64,000 bases of DNA from Octopus sinensis. Its lineage: Eukaryota. Position 1 is the stretch's first letter; the number at the start of each line of letters is the position of its first letter. Below the pieces are notes generated by a model, which worked only from the letters and a program-made list of their open reading frames with translations, was not told where the DNA came from and made no database searches. Shown piece after piece: positions 1-11,945 of the stretch. The stretch is taken from positions 114,452,001 through 114,516,000 of the forward strand of contig NC_042999.1 of NCBI RefSeq assembly GCF_006345805.1, given 5' to 3'. The position numbers and the translations under genes are program-made.

Positions 1-555
1 CGGTGTTAGGTGAAGAAAAGTTTTACATTTTTTATATATTAGAATATTTTTTATTGTTGTTGGTGGTGCTTTTATAATTATTATCATTATTATTTTTATT
101 ATTTTTTTTGTCCTGTCATGCACTTTGACCTTCATTGTTTTTCTTTTCTCTTTTCTTTTTATTGTATGATCGTTGTTTCGTTCCTTGAAAATTTCATAAT
201 CCTGAGTTGGTGGTGGTGGTGGAGGTGGTGGTGATGGTGATGGTGTAGGGAGAATGTTTGTGTGTGTGATGGGGGTAAGCAAGGGGGTGGGAAGCAATAG
301 TTCTCGAACAATTCATACAACCAGCAGAGGTCGTCTGTCACTTTACTAACCGACAAACATTAACCGGAAACAAAAGAATATCTTAACCGGGAAGTATTTG
401 CGGCTCAAAAGTGAAAAAAGAAAAGAGGTTGTAGAGTTTCTCAAGTGAAATGTATGTGTGTGTGTGTGAGAGTGTGTATTGTGAAAGGGAGGGTTGATAG
501 CGAAGTCAATTTGAAGTTGTTGTGGAGTAGATCGGTGTTTTACCGCAGAGATATG

Positions 556-714
556 TAGGAGTGGCTGTGTGGTAAGTAGCTTGCTTACGAACCACATGGT
601 TCCGGGTTCAGTCCCACTGCGTGGCACCTTGGGCAAGAGTCTTCTGCTATAGCCTTGGGCCGACCAAAGCCTTGTGAGTGGACTTGGTAGTCGGAAACTG
701 AAAGAAGCTCGTCG

Positions 715-748
<34 letters not shown>

Positions 749-754
749 TGTATG

Positions 755-806
<52 letters not shown>

Positions 807-1030
807 ATATGTATGTATGTGTGTGGTCTGTGTTTGTCCCCCCAACATCACTTGATAACCGATGCCGGTGTGTTTACGTTCCCGTAACTTAGCGGTTCGA
901 CAAAAGAGACCGATAGAATAAGTACTAGGCTTACAAAGAATAAGTCCTGGGGTCGATTTGCTCAACTAAAGGCGGTGTTCCAGCTTGGCCACTATCAAAT
1001 GACTGAAACAAGTAAAAGAGCCTAAAAGAG
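556..1030 (+). mobile_element. Full-length tRNA-derived SINE, group A (CORE-like, octopus OR-type), with internal microsatellite
   Basis: tRNA-like head (TGGCTGTGTGGTAAG ... GGTTCAGTCCC), CORE-like CACCTTGGGCAAG, and 3' tail GGCGGTG..CCAGC.TGGCC..AAATGACTGAAACAAGTAAAAGA; many homologous copies in the window. Confidence 0.85.
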
Positions 1031-1099
1031 AGTATGTCTGCTGTAGAAAATGAACAAATCTTACTAACTTTTGTACAAAGCGAGCAATTTTGACGAAGG

Positions 1100-1515
1100 T
1101 GACAAGTCGATAACATTGACTCCAATACTTTAGTGACACTTTATTTTCTACGGATCCGGGCTCGGAAACGAAAAAGGGCAAAGTTAACCTCGGCAGAATT
1201 TGAACTCAGAACATAAAAATTCGGAAGAAATGCCGCTAAGCATTTTGTCCGATGTACCAACGGCTCTGCCAGCTCGCCGCCTTACCCTAGGTACATAATG
1301 GTTTTAAATTTTGGTACAAGGCCATCAATTTCGGTGGGTGGGTGGCTGAGTCGATTACGCCGACCTCTGTATTCAACTGATACTTATTCTATCGATCTCG
1401 AAAAGATGAAAGGGCAAAGTCGACCTCGACAGCATTTGAACCAAAACACAAAGATGGACGAAATGCCGCTTAGCATTTTGCTCGGCGTGCTAAGGAGTCT
1501 GCCAGCGCGCCATCT
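1100..1515 (-). mobile_element. Two adjacent diverged SINEs of group B (Meta-domain-like)
   Basis: Both read on + as GGCAAAGT(C/T)(G/A)ACCTCG..ATTTGAA, the reverse complement of the full-length copy at 46737-46970. Confidence 0.75.
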
Positions 1516-1929
1516 TAACCAAAGTACATAATGCAAGCTAGTTTGCTCGTCGCTGTTAGCGCTGGTTACCGAAAAGGAGAGAGAACGATATAATTTGTGT
1601 TTTGCAGTACCGAGTTCAGTTTCTTCCATGGAGGAATTAGCTTGGAGAATTACTGCCCCCTCTGCCTCCATCCGCGCCACCTCCTTAAACTGACTTGTCC
1701 TAGGTACATTTACATCAATGAATCTCAACCAGGGCCCATATAAGAATTTTGGGGTCCTCGCAACAAAAGAGTAAATTGAGTATTCACAAGGATATTTTAA
1801 GGGCCCCTGAAAATTTTTTACTTCAGATGTATGTATTGGTATGTATTGTAAGAAACAGCTATGTTTCTTTCTCCAACATGTGCATAGTCCAACCTACACA
1901 AGTTAATGTGCGAAAAACAAAAGAGGAAT

Positions 1930-2146
1930 TCTTTTCTACACTAAGCACAAAGCCCGAAATTTTGGGGGAGGGGGGGCAGTCGATTAGATCGATCCCAGTA
2001 CACAACTGGTACTTAATTTATCGACCCCGAGAGGATGAGAGGCAAAGTCGACCTCGGTGGGATTTGAACTCAGAACGTAGCGGCAGACGAAATACCGCTA
2101 GGCATTTCGCCCTGCATTCTAACGATTCTACCAGTTCGCTGCCTTA
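1930..2146 (-). mobile_element. SINE group B (Meta-like), full length
   Basis: CTGGTACTTAATTTATCGACCCCGAGAGGATGAGAGGCAAAGTCGACCTCGG..TTTGAACTCAGAACG matches 62750-62857. Confidence 0.85.
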
Positions 2147-2213
2147 GCATTACGTATAATGAAGTCTTCGTTAAATTGTTGCCTGCTAAACTTAATTTCT
2201 TAAAATTTTTTTG

Positions 2214-2400
2214 TCTTTTACTTGTTTAAATCATTGGATTGTGGCCTTGCTGGGGGCACCACCTAAAAGTGATTATCGAACAAATCGATCCCACAAATTG
2301 TTTATTTTTTACAGTTTGGTACTAACCCTATTGGTATCTTTTGTCGAACCGTTAAGTTCCAGGAACATAAACAAAGTAATACCGGTTGTCAAGCGGTGTG
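2214..2400 (-). mobile_element. SINE group A, 3' half
   Basis: Reverse complement of the 850-1020 segment. Confidence 0.75.
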
Positions 2401-3419
2401 TGTGTGTGTGTCTTGAAGAAACACATACGCACACACACAATAATCTGCTTGTTCGTTCGCCCGTTATACATTAGTTAGTTAGAGAGGTGGAGGTGGAGTG
2501 AGTGAGAGGTGGAGTAAAAGTGGGTCGTTTCTTGCTTATTTCTATCTTGTGTGAAACGCCTGAGATCACTCACTTGCAATGATTTGCTCATAGTATTCTG
2601 CATGGAGCAAAGACCAAATTGAAAACTAGTCTACGGTAGCATAACAGTGTTCCATTTGTTTTTACTGATGATGATGGTGATGGTTGCAGTGATGGTGGTG
2701 TTGGTAGTAGTAAAAGCAGAGGTGATAATAAATGTGCTTGAGGATATCGACCATGTTTTTTGGTCGACGTCAATGATGAAGCTGATGCCGATAATAATGA
2801 TGATGACGTCACGAATGGTACCTCCAACAGTTGTGATAATGATGATGATGATCATCATGATCATGATGTGTAAAAGCGGGTGGAGGTAGAAGACAGGGAG
2901 TATAACAACCACAGCAACAACAACTGTAGCAACAACAACAATAACAATAGTGGCAATAAAGACCACAATTCCTTCGTGTGATAAAAGAGATTAACGGATT
3001 TCTGTGGTGACATGATGGATTTCCAAGAAGTTGTTTCTGAGCTCGTTCGATAATTATTTGCATTTTTTTTTTTGTTACGCATACCCCAGCACTTCCTACT
3101 TCTCTGATTATCGATTTACTAATGCTAGTCAGTGCTGGAATGATCTGTAATCGATTACCAAATCTCCCTTGGCGAAAGATGTATTGATGAGTTACTGAAG
3201 AAATCGTAAGCTCTTGTCGCTTGATAGATTTGTGTTACGGCAATCGACTGTGTCTTTTCAAACGGATTCGCGAGTTTCGTCTGACGGATTAATGGATTTA
3301 TACAAGGAGGTGTCTTGTCAGTGAAATGTATATGTATGTGTATTTATATACATACATATATACATGCATACATACACACATATGTGTGTGAATATATATA
3401 TATATAATATATATAAACA

Positions 3420-3450
<31 letters not shown>

Positions 3451-3718
3451 ATTAGATAGATAGATATAGATAGAGAACGTATACATATACACATGCATAC
3501 GCACACACATATATATATACATACATACACATACAAGGTAATCTTTTCCCCTCTTCCCTCTCTCTCTCTGTTTCTTTTGTTTGTGTGTGTATATATAAAT
3601 GTGTGTGTGTGTGTGTGAGCGTGTGCCTATGTGTTTATGTATATTTATGTTTAGCTTAAGTTACATAAGTAAAAATGCATGCTTAAAAATCATATAATCT
3701 TGCTCTAGAATATGGAAT

Positions 3719-3762
<44 letters not shown>

Positions 3763-4069
3763 CATACCTCCATCTCTCTCTCTCTCTCTTTCTCCTCTTC
3801 TACCCGTTAAGTTATCAGCATGATGGTATGGGCATCGGATTCACTTGCTGTGATGCTAAGAAAAAAAGCAGCTCAAAGACATATAACGAAACGCTTCAAA
3901 GTTTGTGTTCGGTTAAGTTGTAAACTCTTGTTAGTTTGGAAACTTTACAAATATTTCTCATACACCAAAACAGCAAAACGAAATTATTAGAAACAATTAT
4001 AACTGAAGTAGTTACTATAGTATGTGTGTATGTACGTATGCATGTGTGAAGGCAAATATATATATATAA

Positions 4070-4183
4070 CGCTCGAAACGTTAAACCCTCCTTCCCTTCT
4101 TTCCTGAGCGTCAAATAATACTTTAATTGTTTCACGTCCTCGCGTTGGTGTGTTTTTTTCTGTGTTTTCTTGTTTGGATTAAC
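4070..4183 (+). mobile_element. Penelope-like terminal-repeat fragment (family P3) with the 3' half of a hammerhead core
   Basis: Reverse-complement homolog of 23633-23752; begins CGCTCGAAACGTTAAAC; flanked by (TA)n. Confidence 0.65.
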
Positions 4184-4208
4184 TATATATATATATATAT
4201 ATATGATA

Positions 4209-4254
<46 letters not shown>

Positions 4255-4308
4255 ATATATATGATATCTATATATATTATATATATATATAATATATATA
4301 ATATACTG

Positions 4309-4363
<55 letters not shown>

Positions 4364-4839
4364 GTGTTGTGTGTGTGTGTGTGTACGTATTATGTATGTA
4401 TGTGTGTGTGTGCATCAATCTGTCTGTCCGTCCGTCTGTCAGTCTGGCGGCTAGATGCAATATTAAACGAAAACGGAAAACTTCAGTTATATATACAGGT
4501 ATATAACATATTTGTGTGTATGTATGTACTTATGAAACGAATTAATGTGGCTGTGCGTATACATATGTGCGTTTATGTGTTAGTATTAATGAATTTTTGT
4601 TTGCACATATGCAAATGTGAATGGGTGCGTGCGTACGTGTGCATATAATAGTCTCCAAATCAATGTGCGATAATTAATTTGTGTTTATTCGAGTGTGGTT
4701 GTTTATGTATGTATGCATGTGTTCGTGTGTGTTTTTAGATAATTAAATATACATGTGCGTTTGTGTATATAAATTCCATATAATTATAACAAGCTTCTAC
4801 ATACTGAGAGCCATCTCTGTTGTTGATGGACGAATATAT

Positions 4840-4902
<63 letters not shown>

Positions 4903-5309
4903 CATACACACACATACACATATATACGTATTTGCATATATACATGTATGCATGTATGTCTTACCAGCGAGAGTGCGTATGTGTTTGCAAGAGTGCAATA
5001 TAATGAACGTGTGTATGTATATATATATGTATATCATGTAATTAATATCAGGCAGACTTCTATATAACGACCAGTCATCGCGGCAGTTTGTGCCTTTTGT
5101 TTCCTAAATATTAAAACACGAGTTATTTGTATCACCATTGGTGATGAACAATAGCTCAGGCTGCTATTTCTTTTCTTTTTCTTTATTAAAAACAAAATAA
5201 TGCACAGATATCATCATCGTCATCTTGAATATTATAATTATCCTCTCATCATCAAAAACCATAATCGTAGATGATTTGGCTGAATCGATAGAGCATCACT
5301 TTTTGTATG

Positions 5310-5781
5310 GTAAGGTGAAATTTTTCAAGCACAAAATCCAAATTTGGAATGAAGTGCAAAAGTTTCTACAACCATTCAAAATGCTTCTGTATGTTGCCTA
5401 GAAATTTATAGAGAGCGAAAAAAAGCTTCTTCTAAGCAAACAACTTTACAAGTCCGTCTACGGGTGCTAGTGAATCGGTGATCGCGTCTATAAGTGGTGT
5501 GCGCGAGTCTATTATGAGTGAAAGGGATTCAGAAAACAATTTTAATAATAGTATTTTTTATAAATGATCGTGGCATTATTTTTACTTTACATGAAATATT
5601 CTTTATATTCTACTATTGTTTTATTGCCATTTATTTACGAGTATCATGAATTTTATAGGTAAAATATTTTTCTGGGAACAAATTACGATTTATAACATGG
5701 GAAATTATTGCTCTGTTTTACGAGTTTTCGCTTATGAGCGGTCTCTGGAAACAAATTAACTCGTATAACGAGGCATTATTG
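5310..5781 (+). mobile_element. Tigger/pogo-like DNA transposon, decayed 3' end
   Basis: Residual frame SAKVSTTIQNASVCCLEIYRERKKASSKQTTL resembles Tigger transposase C-termini; ends in TIR-like CTCGTATAACGAGGCATTATTG. Confidence 0.5.
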
Positions 5782-5791
5782 TGTGTGTGTG

Positions 5792-5895
<104 letters not shown>

Positions 5896-5946
5896 ATATA
5901 TGTATATGTATGCATGCATGTGTGTATGTGAGTGCGTATGTACGTA

Positions 5947-6090
5947 TACGACTAGGTTCTTTCAGTTTCTGTCTTCGAAATTCACTCACGATGCTTTGGT
6001 CGGTCCTGAGGTAATGCCACGCTGTGGGACTGAACCAGGAACCATGTAGATGGAAAGTAAACTTCTTACTACTCAGCCACACCTGCGCCT
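5947..6090 (-). mobile_element. SINE group A, 5' half
   Basis: Reverse complement of 556-715. Confidence 0.8.
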
Positions 6091-6832
6091 ATATTTTAAA
6101 TAATTCAACATGGTCGACTTCAGGAATAGTACGAACCTAATACTGACACACAAAAACATTCGAATAAATTTTCTAACACATTTGCTTCCATACCATACAC
6201 ATGCATATGCGCGCGTGCACACACACATAAAAGAGAGAGAAAGTATAACAGAACGCTATAATGAAGTATAAAATAATGAAGGCAAGTATGATAAATAGAG
6301 ATAACTGAATCTATGAATGATAAACCATCTCATTTACATATCAAAGCCAATTACACCTTATTTACTCTTTACGAACAATCATTTCAGAGAGATAGACAGA
6401 CCAACAAACAAACAAGCAGGTAAACAGACAGACAAGCAGACAGATAGACAGACAGATTGATAGATAGATGGATAGATAGAAAGATAGATAGATAGATATA
6501 TAGATAGATAGTGAGAGACCGTTAGATGGAGAGAGAAAGAGAAAGAGTGAGAGAGAGATAAAGAAAGCGGGTGTTTTGTTTTTACTTTAACTAGTTTTGC
6601 TGTTCAACATATTCAGAAACGAGTTGTCTTCAACAGAAAATTCAACAGCGAATTAAGAGCCTTGTTATCCACAACAATAGGTGATTTAAATGAATGCATT
6701 TCATTTTATTCGTAAAAAACTTTCACACCATGTAAGCAGTATCTTATTATTGTTATTATTTTTTATTTATCTTTTGCGGTGTTGTGGACAAGTTTTCTTT
6801 TATTCTATGCATGTGTTGCTTTTCTTTATCTG

Positions 6833-6881
<49 letters not shown>

Positions 6882-7803
6882 TTAAATATTTGATTTGTGA
6901 ATTTATCTTCGATCGACTTTTATTATTGAACGGTTAGAAACGATGTGTTCTGCTCATTTTATCAATCACGAAATAACCTTAATTGGGTAGGTTATATTGG
7001 TTGAAACAAAATGAAAAATATAAAAATAGGAAGAAAAAAAAAAGTCTTATATCAAAAACTTAGCAAATAAACAAATCTCCATCTTTAGGGAACGAAGAGA
7101 ACGGTGAGGAAATTGAACGAAGGAGGAAAGATGCAGAAAAAAGTAATAAAGAAAGATTAAAACAATAAAATGCCATAATGAGCATGGTGGTAGTGGTGGT
7201 GGTGGTGAGTATGAAGATGGTGATGGTGGAGGTGATGATGATGGAGGTGTTGATAGGTTGGTGGTGACGGTAGTAAGATGTAAAGTGATAATGGCGATGT
7301 GTTAAGCAACCGAGGAAGTGTGGTTTGTGTGTGTTTGCGGGAATATGTGTGCATCTGTATGTAATTAAGACGTTAGAAATGGATAATGAAAGATACTAGG
7401 AATAAAAGATGAGAAACACATGAAGAAATAAGACAATAAAAGAAGAAAAAAAATAAAAGGAAGAGCTTTAATCAAAATTCAAATAAAAAGATACATTTTA
7501 AAATATTCCTCAAGGAACAAATTTAAATATATTGACGAGGAATTTTAAGTAACGTGCAGCCTGAAGATACAACCAAAAGTATTCGGTCAGATAAGGTCTA
7601 ACAAATCTGCTATAATGAACACTAATTATACGGGAGGAAAATCCCATTTCTCTTATAGCTACAGGTGTGTAGCTTAGGTAGCCGAGATTCCCAAGGGAAG
7701 CGGTTGAGTGTCTTTGATGTAGTTGTATAGGTGACAGCTACCAGAATCTAAGGACTCTTATATTTCTATTTCTTATCTATCAAATCCTCTATTTCTCTTT
7801 CTG

Positions 7804-8013
7804 GCTGAAAAGATCCTAGCTTTGGGTAAAAGAAAATACAGGAAGATCAGTTAACTGTGATATTATTCAATATATTCTCCTCTCAGATTCACACTCTTAT
7901 TGCAACGGTCCTGCAGTTTTTCTAAGTCCTGTAAAAGAACTCGGAAGGCTGGGCCTCTAACCAGGCCTTTCGCGACACCCTTAAAGCAAGGAACTTTTCA
8001 GCACACCCTCGTA
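7804..8013 (-). mobile_element. Mariner-derived MITE (internal deletion derivative)
   Basis: Inverted termini GCTGAAAAGATCCTAGCTTT (7804-7823) and AAAGCAAGGAACTTTTCAGCACACCCTCGTA (7983-8013); minus strand encodes LEKLQDRCNKSVNLRGEYIE*, a typical mariner transposase C-terminus. Confidence 0.75.
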
Positions 8014-8090
8014 TATATATACACACCCATGCGCACGCACACAGACACACACGCACATACACATGCATACACATGCATATATATGTGTAT

Positions 8091-8135
<45 letters not shown>

Positions 8136-8195
8136 GCTAATATCAAACGGTGGGAGTGAGTGTTCAACAGTGCATTGGTGGATAAACAGTTTTTA

Positions 8196-8399
8196 TTTGT
8201 GGGTTAGACGGACTACCATTGGTTTCATGCTGAGACATATCCCAACAATTATTCAAGTCTGCCACATTGGACATTGGTGTTCGTTTCCATCTTTTCATCC
8301 AAGATAGAGACAAACTCCAACGTCCCATGTGGCAGACTTGAATAATTGACACATATCTCTCTCAACGTGAAACCAATGGTAGTCTGATTAACTTACAAA
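8196..8399. repeat. Long inverted repeat (foldback, arms about 92 bp)
   Basis: CAATTATTCAAGTCTGCCACAT pairs perfectly with ATGTGGCAGACTTGAATAATTG; GACTACCATTGGTTTCA pairs with TGAAACCAATGGTAGTC. Confidence 0.9.
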
Positions 8400-8414
8400 C
8401 AGAGTATGTCTGTG

Positions 8415-8446
<32 letters not shown>

Positions 8447-9054
8447 AGTGTATAATGCATGTCTGTGTATGTGGGTATAGATTTAACGTCACAAGAAATT
8501 AAAAAAATTCGAATAACGTGAAATAATTCATTTTTAACGCATGAACTCGAAATAAAGCTATAAGTAATAGCAGGTAAATATTTGAAGGGTTAAAACATGT
8601 TTTATGCATTTCGTGTCCAACCGTTAAAAACGGCTCATATATATACACATATAGTACATATATGTATATGTATATGTATGTATGTATGTTTGTATGTATG
8701 TATGTATGTATGTATGTATGTATGTATGTATGTATGTGTGTATGTATGTATGTATGTATGTATATATACATATACATACATACATACATATATATATAAG
8801 ATAAACTTACTTGGAAATGGATGCGTGGCGTTCAATTAAATAGTAATATAAATAAAATATATATATATGTATGTATGTATATGTATATATATATATATGT
8901 ATGTATGTATATGTATATATGTATATATGTATGTATGTATATATGTATGTATGTATATATGTATGTATGTATATGTATATATATGTATGTATGTATATAT
9001 GTATGTATGTATATGTATATATGTATATATGTATATAATATATATATATATGCT

Positions 9055-9340
9055 TATATGGGTACAGGACGTCACCAACTGTGCAAACAACATCAAGTAC
9101 AAAAACAAATGAGTTAAATACGCAAACAACGAGAGAAAAAATGGAAAGCAGGACAAGTAACAAAAAGAACGACCCTTCATCAGTTGTCTGCTGAAGGAGT
9201 AGATAGACAATCGGCAACTGATGAAGGGCCTTTGTTTGTGTTACTTGTCCTGTTTTCCATTTTTCACTCGATGTTTGTGTATTTAACTCGTATATTTTCT
9301 TACTTCATGTTGTTTACACAGTTGGTGACGTTCTGTAACC

Positions 9341-9345
<5 letters not shown>
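9055..9345. mobile_element. Head-to-head inverted pair of a Penelope-like repeat (family P2)
   Basis: 9055-9190 is the reverse complement of about 9212-9345; a third, longer copy starts at 10290; contains CTGATGA; flanked by (TA)n. Confidence 0.7.
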
Positions 9346-9391
<46 letters not shown>

Positions 9392-9449
9392 ATATATGTA
9401 TGTGTGTGTGTGTGTGTGTGTGTGTATAAAAATATATATTAATTAATCT

Positions 9450-9755
9450 TTTCTCGTTTCAATCATTTGCGACCATGCTGGAGCACCGCCTTAAAGGGTT
9501 TTAGTCAAAGGAATCGGCCACCCCACCCCAGGACTTATTCTTTGTAAGCCTAATACTTAGTCTAGCGGTCTCTTTTGCCCAATCACTATGTTACGGTGAC
9601 ATAAGCACATCAGCATGGTTACTGATGGTAAATTGATGGGTGGGTGGGACAAACATACAAAGACACACACACATAAATGTATACAAGGGGTTTCTTTCAG
9701 TTTCCGCCTAATAAATCCACTCAAGAGGTCTTGGTCGGCCCGAGGCCATTGTAAA
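9450..9755 (-). mobile_element. SINE group A, 5'-truncated
   Basis: CCATGCTGGAGCACCGCCTT, CCCCAGGACTTATTCTTTGTAAGCCT, TTTCTTTCAGTTTCCG. Confidence 0.8.
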
Positions 9756-9764
9756 ATGCACAAT

Positions 9765-9896
9765 AGTAAAGCACTTGACGCGTAATCACAGGAACGTGAG
9801 TTCGAGTCTCATGGCTGGTCGGTAACGTATTTTTCTGCAATATATGGACAATTTATCTTGTTCACGCTATTTTATTCATATTATCCCGCGTTTGAG

Positions 9897-9900
<4 letters not shown>
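9765..9900 (+). pseudogene. tRNA-derived fragment (SINE head or tRNA pseudogene, Thr-CGT-like)
   Basis: AGTAAAGCACTTGACGCGTAATCACAGGAACGTGAGTTCGAGTCTCA has a T-arm/B-box GTTCGAGTC and an anticodon-arm-like segment; acceptor stem is missing. Confidence 0.4.
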
Positions 9901-9940
<40 letters not shown>

Positions 9941-9954
9941 AGAAATTAAATATA

Positions 9955-10830
9955 AAATATAAATTACAAAGTGGGGCAAGAACGCAAAAACACACAAAGA
10001 GACGACACAAAAAAAACAGACGGGTCACTCGAAGCCTCTAATCTTCAGTCGGAACCGGATCATCTTAACAATTTCGGCTGTTTAATCTCGATATCGCTCC
10101 GAACCGGCCAGCCCCAAGGAAAAACTAAGCCACAGGCATTAGATTTCTTGGAAAGAGGATCGAATGTATACGAAACAAAGACAGGATGCCACACGAATAA
10201 ACATACAAGAAACAAAAAAATAGAAATAAAAAACAAGAATGGTAAGCAGGACAAAAACAGCGGGCGTCTTACGACTTTAGACAATTTTTAACAGGACATC
10301 ACCAACGGTGCAAATAACATGAAATACGTAGATAAACGAGTTAAATACGTAAACAACGAGAGAAAAAATGGAAAAAGGACAAGTAAACATAGAGAAAGGA
10401 CCTTTCATCAGTTGTCGGCTGTCTATCTACTCCTCATTTCGAGCATTCAACGACAATGTGAGTATTCAAAGACAGTTGCCCCCATAAATTCTAAAATAAA
10501 GTTTAGGATTTATGGAAGCTCAAAGTTAGGAAAAAACATGACAGTGGAGACATAGAAGGAAACCGAACGAATACGAACATGGAAGGTCGTTAGACCAGAA
10601 CGAGAGGAAAATAGTGAACGCTGTGAGAAACATTTTTTTGAAAAGAGATAAGATAGAAGAGAGATAGAAAAAAACACGTCCGCTCTTTTGAACGTCTGTG
10701 CAGGAAAAGAAAGATGGTCACATGAGGAAAAGAAATATGGACGACTGTCACGTATGAGCAACAAGAGAGAAAGAGAGAGAGAAAGGGAAAGAGGGAGAGA
10801 GAGACAGATAGAGAACCGTGAAGGAGGGAG
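9955..10830 (-). mobile_element. Composite Penelope-like non-autonomous repeat (family P1 at 9955-10289 joined to P2 from 10290)
   Basis: P1 recurs at 49640-49970 (opposite strand) and 54500-54652; P2 recurs at 9055-9345. Assignment to Penelope is inference from (TA)n flanks, inverted arrangement and CTGA(A/T)GA motifs. Confidence 0.55.
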
Positions 10831-10874
10831 GGGAGAAATAGGGAATTATATACATGTATGTGCGTGTATAAGAT

Positions 10875-11020
10875 GGAATTTCACAGTTTCCTTTTACCAA
10901 ATTCACCGACGAGGCATTGGTTGGTCCGAGGCTTCAGTAAAAGAACTTGCTCAAGGTGTCGTGTAGTGTGATAGAACCAGAACTCGTTTGCAAAGCGTGA
11001 TTCTTAACCACACAGCCACT
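10875..11020 (-). mobile_element. SINE group A, 5' half
   Basis: Reverse complement of the head and CORE region. Confidence 0.7.
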
Positions 11021-11067
11021 ATAAAGTTTTAAAAAACCCAAGTCATCTCTAACTTGGTTATGAACAT

Positions 11068-11225
11068 AGACGCAGACGTGGTCGTGTGGTTAAGAAGTTT
11101 GCTTACAAAGCACATAGTTTCGGGTTCAATCCCACTGCATGACACTTTGGGTACTATAGTCTCGGGCTAATCAAAGGCTTGTGAGTGGATTTGATAGATG
11201 GAAACTGACAGAGGCTCGTCATACA

Positions 11226-11271
<46 letters not shown>

Positions 11272-11488
11272 CCCATTTGTGCCTTTGTTTTTGTCTCCCA
11301 CTACTGCTTGACAACCGGTGCAAGTTTGTTTATGTCTCTTAGCTGTTTGGCAAAAGTCACCGATACAATATCTACCAGACTTTAAAAAAAATAAGCAGTG
11401 GGGTCGATGTTGTTCGACCGAATCCTTCAAGGCGGTGTCCCAGTATGGGCACAGACCAATAACTGAAACAAGTAAAAGATAAAAGAAC
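11068..11488 (+). mobile_element. SINE group A, full length
   Basis: Head GTGGTCGTGTGGTTAAG..GGTTCAATCCC, internal (TG)n, tail GGCGGTGTCCCAGTATGG..CTGAAACAAGTAAAAGA. Confidence 0.85.
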
Positions 11489-11834
11489 AATGAGGTACCA
11501 CTTTAAAAGCGCCAAATATGAGTACCCTATCCACTTCATGAATATTATTACGTATTCCGTTTAACCAAAACTGCAATGGCGTCGTGATCTTTGAAACTCC
11601 ATTTCCTCATGTTTAACATTCAGTTTCCTTAATTTCTTCCCCATTCAACCCCTCCCACCCTGAAACAATGAATTTATTGTCTGACTAGAAACCCTGGCAG
11701 AGGAATATCATGTTCAGCACTACAGACGGTAGTTAAGGAGAAGAACACCAATTCTCAACTAAGCCGTCACGTCTCAGTGATCAAATATTTAAAATAAAAA
11801 CTAGCTATACAATAAGTGCGGAATAGAAGACAAA

Positions 11835-11881
<47 letters not shown>

Positions 11882-11903
11882 ACACACACACACCACACAC
11901 ACA

Positions 11904-11945
<42 letters not shown>

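Noticed and set aside
1608-1712. Exon-like segment (TTTTGCAG acceptor; PSSVSSMEELAWRITAPSASIR)
   Set aside because: Looks more like a decayed Tc1/mariner transposase C-terminus; weak donor; too short to call either way
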